The position numbers were made by a program, and so were the translations under genes. DNA of 61,790 nucleotides, counting the filler, from Platydemus manokwari (Eukaryota): NCBI GenBank assembly GCA_037951405.1. It is 6 parts of 6 records of this genome, joined end to end, with 100 filler letters (N's around TTAATTAATTAA, not from the genome) between each part and the next. Parts side by side here need not be neighbours in the genome. Positions count along the whole stretch, not along the records: positions 40,742 to 52,855 come from JBBMOY010296669.1; positions 52,956 to 61,790 come from JBBMOY011342204.1; 4 more parts are not named here. One strand, given 5' to 3'. Under the pieces are notes generated by a model. The model was not told the origin of the DNA. It searched no databases and saw nothing but the letters and a program-made list of their open reading frames with translations. Below are positions 51,543 to 61,790 of this stretch, in pieces (the stretch's first letter is position 1; each line of letters opens with the position of its first letter).

Positions 51543-52469
51543 TGGAGAATATCATTTATTTCATTTGTTAAGTTATTTAATATTTATTTTGCTGTGGTTT
51601 AGATAAACACAAAACTTTCATCAAATTACTGACATATTTAACTATTTGTTTCATCATTGATATCCATATTAAGTAATCAATGTGTGATATTATAATAATC
51701 AATATTTTAATGATAATAAATGTTGTTATTATGAAGATAATTCTTAGAGCCTTCATTTGAACTTTTATTTTGAATTTCGAAACATAAAATGGAAATTAAC
51801 GAAGAAAGTAAAGAAATGTAAATGGCAAATATTAAATAAATTTTTACTTTATCGAGAAAAATTAATGATTTCAATTAGAATTGTTGAGTAATAATTAGAA
51901 TAATGATAATATTTATATTGATTATATTTAACAATAATTATAAATATTTATTAACAATCAAGAAACACAGAGAAAAGTCATATGATGTTTGATGATCAAT
52001 TGTGGGAATGAATTTATCTGTGTGATTGAATCAAGTGAAGACGTAAAAGATATCGCCAAAATAATTAGCTTATATCGATCGATTTGAGTGCAAATGTAAG
52101 GTTGTTTACACTGCATTGCTAAATCAAATCCTTTAAAGATAGAACACTGACTTGTTCAAAGAATAATTAATCTGCATTGAGTAAATGCAATTCAGTGCAA
52201 GTTCTTTTGAAAATAATCTTTTATTTTCTGCTTATTCATTGTGATTATTCAGAAACCATGATAGTGCCCATTAATTGTATACCATGCTGATTATTTTATT
52301 AACAATATGAAGTTCCTGTGGAATTATTTCAGATAGTCCTTCACATTGCGATCACACTTTTGGATTAGACTTTGACAATTCCTATGGTATGGAAACATTA
52401 AAAATATGTAAAGAACATATGGGGAAGTTGTATAGAAGATGTAGAGGTAATATAAAGCAGAGAAGGAAT

Positions 52470-52855
52470 AAAAATTTTTATATAAAATAATATCTAGAGA
52501 ATTTGATACAGAGATAAATAAGAATTCAGAAAAGAATCACATTAAATTTCCGTAAGTTTATGGATTTTAGTTGGTTTTCCGTTCCTTTGAGGATCTGGTC
52601 GTGGTGTTTTGGTTCATTTAGTCGTAACCCATGCATATTAATTCATAAATCCTTTCTTTAAAAACTTTTATATAAAATAATATCTAGAGAATTTGATACA
52701 GAGATAAATAAGAATTCAGAAAAGAATCATATTAAATTTCCGTAAGTTTATGGATTTTAGTTGGTTTTCCGTTCCTTTGAGGATCTGGTCGTGGTGTTGT
52801 AAAGAAAGGATTTATGAATTAATATGCATGGGTTACGACTAAATGAACCAAAACA
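52470..52855. repeat. ~139-bp direct duplication (190-bp offset) plus an exact inverted copy of the intervening segment, at a contig end
   Basis: 52470-52608 matches 52660-52798 with 2 mismatches. 52801-52855 is the reverse complement of ~52605-52659. Confidence 0.9.
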
Positions 52856-52955
52856 NNNNNNNNNNNNNNNNNNNNNNNNNNNNNNNNNNNNNNNNNNNNT
52901 TAATTAATTAANNNNNNNNNNNNNNNNNNNNNNNNNNNNNNNNNNNNNNNNNNNN
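52856..52955. other. Assembly spacer
   Basis: N44-TTAATTAATTAA-N44. Confidence 0.97.
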
Positions 52956-55900
52956 TTATTATTTTATGTTTCCTGCATTCGATTGTAGCTTTCATATTTA
53001 AATAAATTCAACAGGACTAGTTTATTTTTCAGTTTTATTTATTAATAATTAATAATAATCATTATTATTATCATTATTATTATAGTATTATTATTATATG
53101 TAAACTTTTAATTCTAAAGATAAAATATAAGCCCGTTAAAGATTTGTTATATGACAACATGCATCCTATTGATTCATCCCGGTTTCAATACAAACACGAA
53201 GAACAAATTCAAAACATTTCTGTGTTTCTTTTCTCATTGAGAGAATAAGAAATCGTGAATAGAATGTCAATCTATTCAGTGAATAAGTTTTTCAACACAG
53301 TTTCGACAACTCATTATTGTTTTAAAAATGGATCCTTAAATAATGAAATGATTTTTGAAAATAAATCATCCAATTGATTTAAGCTGGAACACATTTGGTA
53401 GTTTTTTTTCTATCAGATATTTAATTAAGCAAATGACAACACTGACGCTACACTCTTGATGATGGATGAAGCCGCCGATCTGTTGAATATTTAATTTTCA
53501 ATGTGCCGCCGGTTATTTTTATATAATTTACTTTAATAGCTTGCTAAAACCAAAAAGCCAAAAATATTTTTCCATGCAAAATCACAAAATGATTTATTGC
53601 TTAAAATTATCGGATTGAATTATCAGAGTATTCAAAGTATTTCGACGTCGAACGGTAATGCCGATAGGATCTGGCAAAAAACAGTTGGCCATGAACATGC
53701 TACGGATTCCAAAAAAAATTAATGAAATTAAATTGCATCATTTGTTTTCAGTCATATTTTTCCTTTGTATTTAGTCCTACTGATTTTGACCAAACACTGT
53801 ATTAATTGGGGTGTCGAATCCATGAAAATATTTCCCCAAATGGAAATTTAGTGAAGTCAGAATTAACCATTATTTTTATAAATTTCTTGGCATAAAAATA
53901 AATATCATCTTTAGTTTTAAATTTACATCAATCGGTTATGTTTAAACAGCCTTAAACATGTATGCGTGTGCGTATTTTGGATTTTTATTTTAATCCGAGT
54001 TCTTGTAGCTTAGATTAGAATTTATGATTTTTCAGGATGATGGTTGATCAGCCGTTAAGATTTTCATTTGTGCACCATTTTGTTTTGTTTTGTCGTGGTT
54101 ATGATTGGTCATTGAGTGTACCTGTTCATTGTGTGTACCTGTCGTGTAATTCGTATATACACAGTCTATAAGTTTAGCTATTGTAAGATATTTCCTACTT
54201 AACCAAATAAATATTTGGATTCAAAGTTATTTGACAAATATTAAGACCCATTGATCTTGGAACATGATAATGTCAATGAACGTTCAAAGGAGAAATACGA
54301 AAATTAGAGTTATGACCGTACTAAGTATAAATGTATATTTTACAAACAGTACCAAGCAGCTGAATATTAAAACAAGCAATCACCTGATTCTCTCCCACAT
54401 AATATTCAGACCAGCTTTTTAGTCATTTAGTTCTTCTAAACTTGATCTTATTTGAAAATTGAAACTTCTTTCGAGATGCTAACCTGAATGGTTACATTTT
54501 GTAATCGATTTTCTTTATCAAAACCATCGATTGTTTTTTTCTGATTTTGAAACATTGGATTTCCAATTGTTTCAATCTCTTGTGATGCCAAAGTCACTCT
54601 TCTCAAATCAAATTATAACGCCATAAAGATACAAGCATATTGCTTTATCAAGTTCAAACCTTTGGTCAACTGACATACTTGAATTAAGTACCCAACGTCA
54701 TTAATTCTGCTTTTATGTCCCACGAATCGATTGTGTCGATCTCTGTAAATCGAATTCTAGATGCATTCATCATAAGTTTATTCTTTTTCTTTGATCTTCC
54801 GAACAACTATCATATTGGCAAAGCTTTTCTTTGTTCTCCATCACTTCGTTTCTTTTCAAATCGAGATTGCAATTCCAATAATGATGCTAACGGAATCACC
54901 TGAGTTCCATTGCATCTCTATTCCGGTATATTTAACTGACATTACTTTCCCATCAAATCACTTCTCTCCACATTTCGATTTTTATCATCAATTCTGTTGA
55001 GTTTCTGTTAGTGCAATGGAAATCAACAGAGTGAGTTCTTTGAACCATAAAGATTTTTTGATAATTATTAGCGTAATATAATATAAATAAATGCGCACTT
55101 CAAGAAATTATTTAGATGAACTTGTCCTCAGATTCAATTGGGTTGTTAGAAATAATTCAATATATGCAGCATGTTAAAATCATAAATAGTCCATTCAAAA
55201 CGATAGATATTCATAATTTGCTTTTGTCACCATTTTTGAACTCGTTCTATGTCAGACACAGTTCATATTTTTACTATTTATTGTATCGTCATTTTTGTTA
55301 TCAATATTAGATTTTATTTTTATCAATTTGGTTCCGTTATTCATTGGGATAACATATTGATAATAATTCCATAATAAAATTCCAGCTGATAAATTCAATT
55401 TCTGATCTTTCGATGATTTATCATGTGGTGTTTAAGAAATGATATTTCTCTATAATATGTTATTAGAGAGGTGTTATGTTTTGTTTTGTTTTTTAATAAA
55501 AAAAAGTTCGTCTCTCAGCAACAATGATCAACGTCGCAATGATTATAAGTCTGCTCACATTCTATGGGGAAGTACTGAGTGAGTCTCATAGATTGCCAGA
55601 TGTTTGGCTGTCATATTATTTTAAAAAAATGAAAATGAAAGCGATTTCATTATTTTCAGTGAAATCCAGTCAAGAGATTATGCAAATGGTCCCATATAGT
55701 AATACACAATCGAGGAAGAAAATATTTATTTATAATAACGGTCTTGGAATAAAAAACTATAATTAATTTGAGATAAAATAAATTGGAATTGAAGGCCTTG
55801 GTATAACTAATCGAATTTAATAGTGTCGAGTAGAAACGATTGGTGTGCAAGAATAGTGATGATTCATTTGTAGCTGACGAATATATAAAGTATATCGACA

Positions 55901-57294
55901 TTATACTTGATCATATAATTACGTGAGGGTGAGAGATATACTGAATTGGCACCAAAATGCTATCATAATAAGTGAAACTGAATGGGTTAATCTAATTCTT
56001 AAGAATTAAGAAACATTACGAAACCGGTGTATTTGTGAATTGCTGGCTGGAATTGTCCGCAATTTATTTATGCCACCTATGTATTGGTATTTGTATTTGA
56101 TTTATTTACACAACTACCAAAGGCAATATGCTTGAAAGAAACTTCTATCAACACTTATCGATTGTTAATTAGAATTGGAAAATTGAAAACGATTCCCATA
56201 AACTCATGATTCAACGCAAATTATATTCGCAAAACATCCTCCTCAAGAATCTAAGAAATTATTGGGTGGTTGGTTATGATCTCTCATTCTGTCATCTCTA
56301 ATAGACAAATTGCGTATGCTTGATTAATGTAAAATTAGACGGGCTTATTAGTTAGCAATTAATCTCGCATGATAGATTGATCATTTATGGAAATTTTGAA
56401 CATAATTTTTTCAAGAATTTTTCTTTAATGGAATTTTTTTTCGTGTTTTTTCAATTTATTTTCTGAATAAATTAGGAGAATGATTTTTATATGGAAGAAA
56501 CATTCATTTGTGTCGATGAAGGGGAGTAAATTTTTCGCTTCTTCAGTTTGTGTAATATGGTATTAATTAAAACAAAATGATTTTTATTCTAAAACCAATT
56601 GAAAAATGGAATGGTTTTTTTGCCACTGACTCTGATTTTCGTTATTCGTTTGTAATTGATTTGATCGATGGAAATTAGAGATTAACAAACAACACAGCTA
56701 GATGCATTAATTGATCAATTATAGGAAATTATAGGAAAAATGTCCACCAAAGAAAACGATTGGAATAAAAATAAGAAAAGAAAATTTTCAAGATAATTTT
56801 ATAAATTTATTTCGAGAAAAATGCGATATGAAATTCATTATTTTATTAATAGGATAATTATTATTGGAGATCGTTTGTTTTTTTCGTTTATTTTTTTGTT
56901 ACTTTTCATAAATTAAATTTAATCATGAGTTTGAGAAGTATTTTGATGAATATTTTTGATGAAAAATATACTCATCTGTTTTCAAAATGATTATTAAAAC
57001 TATTTCAGTCCTAGCGGAAATGGAAAATTGATTCGAATTTGTTTTAATGATAACCTTTATTAGAAACGAACGATGTCAAAGGGTAGATTACTGATGCATT
57101 GATCCAGGCAACCAATGAGATCATGAATTCCGAATAGATAACTCAAGATTGCATGATTTTGATCAATTATTAGACTATTTTTATGATTATTTCATTTTAA
57201 AAGTTTGTGGTTTATTTTAAAATACCATAAATAATTAATCACATCAGATTCAAATGATGAAAATGATTATAATTAAAAAAAAATTATATAAAAT

Positions 57295-57745
57295 AAGAAT
57301 TAAATTTGAATTAAAATCTAATTCATTTAAAATATCTCACACCCCTTTCTTTAAAATCTTTGATTTTATTAATTGGCTCTGTATCGAACACTGTACATAT
57401 TTCATTACACGAAAACTCGAATTCTTTTATCTTTTAATATCTTCTTTTATATCTCCATTATATCATTTTATATCTGCTACAACTTCTTTATATCTTCCTT
57501 ATATGTCTTCTTGATATATTCTCCATACAGTCTCAATATCTTCCTCCTTATTTCCTAAAATTTTCAGTAGTTGATTTTTTCCGAATCGAATTCAGATACC
57601 ATGTTAGCCGCTACTATTTTAAAAACCGCACATTAAAAACAAATTTGAAAGGCAAGACAACAAAAATCTATTTAATTTGATATAAATATGATTTCAGATA
57701 AAATTCGAATTAAAAATTTAATTCATTTCAAATATCTCACATAAA
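57295..57745. repeat. Diverged ~380-400-bp repeat unit, cluster 1
   Basis: Shares GCCGCTACTATTTTAAAAACC.CACATTAAAAA, CTCACA.CCC..TTTCTTTAAAATC and AGTCTCAA...TTTTCAGT..TTGAT...GAATCGAA blocks with 59630-60075. Confidence 0.75.
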
Positions 57746-59629
57746 ATATTGATATTTATCAAATGATCTTGTTTAAAAATTGCTGTAAACCTCTAAATTA
57801 AAACAAAATATTTAAATTACTAAAATTAATTTTAAATCCAAATAAACTCGTAAATGTGAGAATTTTTCTTTAATTAAAAACAAGAACATAAATCAGATGG
57901 AAATAAATTTTAAATATTTTAAAATATGTTTGAAAATGGATGTATTGTGAATACATATATCATTGTGTTCTGTTGAAAACACGTCTTTTGATTTTAAATA
58001 TTAAAATCGAAGCAGTTTTAGCAACAAACAAATAAAATAAAAATCTCGAACAACTTCTTCAAATCAAACGATTAAAAAAAGAAATTCAAAATATTCCAGT
58101 CGAACTTTACTTATCGATTATTTCTTGTTATCGATTTTTATTTAAAATTTAATTTCCATTTTTCACGAATTCACATTTGATTTTTTTCTTTCAATTTATC
58201 ATTCACCTCAATATTGCCACTTTATTCTAATAATTGATTTTCGCCCATTGTTATTGATGGCGTGTTTAACCAAAGCTTTATTTTAACTCCATTTAAAAAA
58301 ACCAAGCAGTAAATAAATGCATAATATTACTATTAAACGCCGTTTCTAAAATTAGGTTCTGATTCAACGAAACACTTCAAATTGATTGGCGCGTTAAATA
58401 AATATATTTTTAGATAGATTTCGAACGATGTTCCAAATCTGGATAATCAAATCCTTTAATCGCCACACAAAGGAAGCAGACTTATATTTGATTTTGCCTT
58501 CATTTTATGTTTAATAAAATTATTTTATAAATTATTTGAAATCATTTGATTGGCGGAAAACATTAGAAAATTCTTCTTTATTTTTAATAAATTGTAAAAT
58601 TATTATATTAGCCAATTATTATTATTATTAACTAATAATAAAATAATAATTATTATTATTACATAAATATTGATAATCATTATTATTAAATTGATATTAA
58701 TTCTGATTGCTTGTAAAATTTTAATTATAAAATTTTCGAAATTATGAAATCATGTTTTGACATTTTATTTGAATTCAATTCGGATAAATTTAATCGAAAT
58801 TTGAGATGATAAATTATCGTTGTTATTGAATGAATCTAATGGATTATTGATAAAGAAATAATTCTCTGATATTACTCATCACTTTCCACAAAAATACTGT
58901 TATTGGATTGGTTTTGTTTTAATTAATAAGATTATATTATTGATTATTCTTGTCAAAGATTCAGTCCAACTCTGTATGTAAACTCGGTATCATATAGAAT
59001 AACAAATCAATTTCATTGGTCATCTATTCACCAATATTCCAATCAGTTTCTTGAAATGACGTAATATTATGAAATGACTCTTAATGTTCTCATGACACAT
59101 TATCTCATAGAAATCGATATTTATTGGATAAATTAAGTTTTCAATGGAGTACATTGATTGTTTCATGAATACCATTGATTTCATTCAAATAAGTAGTAAA
59201 ATGTTAACATAAATTACTGTTAGAATTCGATTTAGTCAGTTAATTGCAGAGTAAATATCAGAAAATCAATGAAAATACATGATTTTTTTAGGCCTATCAA
59301 GTCAATTCAAGAAATCGATAGAAGATTACACAAACTTTATTGGACTGCAATTTGATCATTTTAAATGTCAGTAAAGCGAAACCTAATTTAAAATGACGTC
59401 AAACTTTTGCAATATTAAAAATATTATGACAAATTTTAATGAAGTGTTGACAAATTTTGGCTTTATCTTTGAATATAAATATGGATATTTCCTTTCATAA
59501 TGTGTCTTCATAGCTTGCATCAGGAATATTACAATGCCATTAATAAAACCGTTGACACTGTTCCGGGCCAAATACAAATAGCACGAATTCAATTTAATTT
59601 ACTGAATCAATTATATGAGCAACATTATC

Positions 59630-60075
59630 GTAAGCCGCTACTTTTCTAACAACCAGACATTAAAAATGAACTGAAAAGACAAGATACCGAATTAATTTGA
59701 TTTTTATACAAACAATTTTATAGAGAATTAAATATTTAAAAGTTCGGATTCAATTTCAAATGCTCACATCCCCCCACTTTCTTTAAAATCGTTGATTATC
59801 TTTGTATTCTTTATTGTCATTGTTCCTAACACTCTACATATTTATCGACATAAAAAATTCTAGTTCTTCTACCTGTTCTTTATCTTCCCTACATATTTAT
59901 ATCTTCTTTATTTATTCTCTATTTAGTCTCAACATTTTTCTCCTTCTTTTCCATAATTTTCAGTCATTGATCTTTTCAGAATCGAAACCCTAGTGCGTGG
60001 TCGCCATGCAAGCCCCTACTATTTTAAAAACCACACATTAAAAAAAAACCAACTGAAAAGACATGACATCGAATT
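59630..60075. repeat. Diverged ~380-400-bp repeat unit, cluster 2
   Basis: The GCC.CTACT block recurs at ~59635 and ~60012; the region is homologous to 57295-57745. Confidence 0.75.
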
Positions 60076-60904
60076 GCGTACTTAAATACAATTATTAAAA
60101 CAAAAAATTAAATCTTTAAAAATTTTAATTAAATTTAAAATTCTCCTAATTATATTTTATTATTAAACTATGCCAGCAAAGCATTATCATTGAAATTTGA
60201 TAAAATGTGAGATATCGACATTCGATTTACTGGATCGGGATCATGAAAAGTGAATAGTGAAATGTAATTAAGTTTTAAACTAATTTAAATCATATCTTCT
60301 ACACATAATATTTAAAAATCTTATCAATAAAAGATATAATTCCTGAAGTCGGATTGTCGATCGATTACGATTTTCATCAAGAATATCAGGATTTTAATGT
60401 GATTATTATTTTAAACTGAAAATATATTTATATTAAAAAATATGAATGATTTATTAAATTTTTTTTCCAATTTTTTGGGTATACAAATATTTATTTCAAT
60501 AAAAATTCCTTACATAACATGTTTGAAAAATTTTATTACATCTATACTCTGGATATATTCTTCATATCAAGAATAAACTGTATCCAGAAATCTTATAATT
60601 TAATTTCTCGGTACAGTGGGCCTCCAAACTGCTATAGTATAAGATTTTCAAATTTTTAATCCACTTATCAATCGTTTCATTTAATATGTTTTCTTAGCCT
60701 CATTGTCCAAACAATATATCTGCTTCATTTGTTGGAAAATAGCATCTATTGTGTAACTTCTAAAGAAAATTATAATCGCCACGTTTGTTGGAAAATCTTG
60801 GTAGTGATTTAATTATTCATTTCATGCGTGAGAAATTATTATCTATGCTGGCATCGTCATTCATATAATTGTGAATATATGATATGCAAATAAATAATTG
60901 ATCA

Positions 60905-61515
60905 TTACGTCATATTGCTGGTTACAGATATTCTATTCGAATGGGATTTGGTGTTTGGAATGATCTCGGCATTATCCGAAAAGCTTTCCAGATCCATTTC
61001 TGATGTTATGGCATTGCTTTGAACGTCAAAAGACAAACACGATTCATTTTTCAGATCTTTTTTCAAATGACTAACATTCTGCAATTGCTTGAAACCTTAA
61101 TGAAGTCAATTATTTTCCCATGAAAAGTTTCATTTCATTTATAAATACCCCCAAAACTGCAATTGGCTTTCAAGATATCGATACTAATTTCTTCCAGAGC
61201 TGGTGGTTTTTGAATCGATAGTTGACGAGGAAAATATCTTCTTCGTGAACTCAATTCTTCGTCGCGTTGTTGTGTAATGTCCACATCGCAATATTTCGTG
61301 ATTGATGTATCACTGTACCGTCGTCCACTGTGTGCTGGTGCAGTCAAGTACATGTTTTGATAAAGGTCCTTGGGATTTTGTGCTTTCAAATCCGAAGAGC
61401 TGTCATCAAAACTAGCGGGTTTCGTTGCTTGACAAAATCGAACACAACTTATTCTTCCAGATTCATCGCGATCATCATTGACAAATATTTCTGGATATCG
61501 TTCGTGATATTCCAT
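60905..61515 (-). CDS. Unknown protein, probably N-terminal exons (61515-61149, 61095-~60909)
   Basis: GC-richer 126-codon ORF. A 53-nt GTATTT...TAAG intron (61148-61096) joins it in phase to a second open exon (FKQLQNVSHLKKDL...SNMT). No domain recognised. Confidence 0.55.
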
Positions 61516-61790
61516 CAGGTAAACAGTACGTCAAATTCAATGGCCACAATAATATGATGATTATTATTATTGTTATTATTATTTTAACTATAATTTATAA
61601 AGCAAATCTTTAATTTAATTTTTCAGCCACTGATTTGTTGGGAAATTATCCAATGAACGATTTTTATTTTTATTAAGTTTCACTGTGATATTTGATTTTT
61701 ACTAAAACCATTGTTTTCATTTCGATCGATATTGATGTGTTTTTTTTGTTTAAAATATTTCGTCTCATGAGAGATATTTAAATCGGTTCA

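Noticed and set aside
54400-55050. Locally GC-richer, coding-like relic on the minus strand
   Set aside because: Probably a decayed transposon, but no diagnostic motif could be assigned.

Overview
Very AT-rich animal (invertebrate-like) genomic DNA with compact 40-55 nt introns. The window is six contigs joined by artificial 100-nt spacers (44 N + TTAATTAATTAA + 44 N), so adjacency across gaps is unverified, and the species cannot be identified from the sequence alone. Host genes: a C-type lectin+PAN/apple gene and a frameshifted paralog, RPS29, a CENP-B/pogo HTH-only ORF, three TRPC-type channel exons, a complete 8-exon 242-aa tropomyosin, and an unknown 2-exon ORF. Much of the remainder is decayed transposons (Ty3/gypsy, mariner, DD41D, Tc1/IS630-like, hAT, pogo/Tc2). 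Main finding: a decayed minus-strand LTR retroelement at ~11.2-15.16 kb with a short candidate LTR, a tRNA-Trp PBS and a Gag with four CCHC knuckles. It has no recognisable pol. One reading frame carries an AT-hook, then a Bcl-2-like domain (BH1/BH2 motifs at Bcl-xL spacing), then a hydrophobic segment, then a chuvirus-like envelope glycoprotein. This suggests a retroelement carrying a 'viral Bcl-2' fused to its env. All homology calls are by-eye motif comparisons and need HMM or structure searches.
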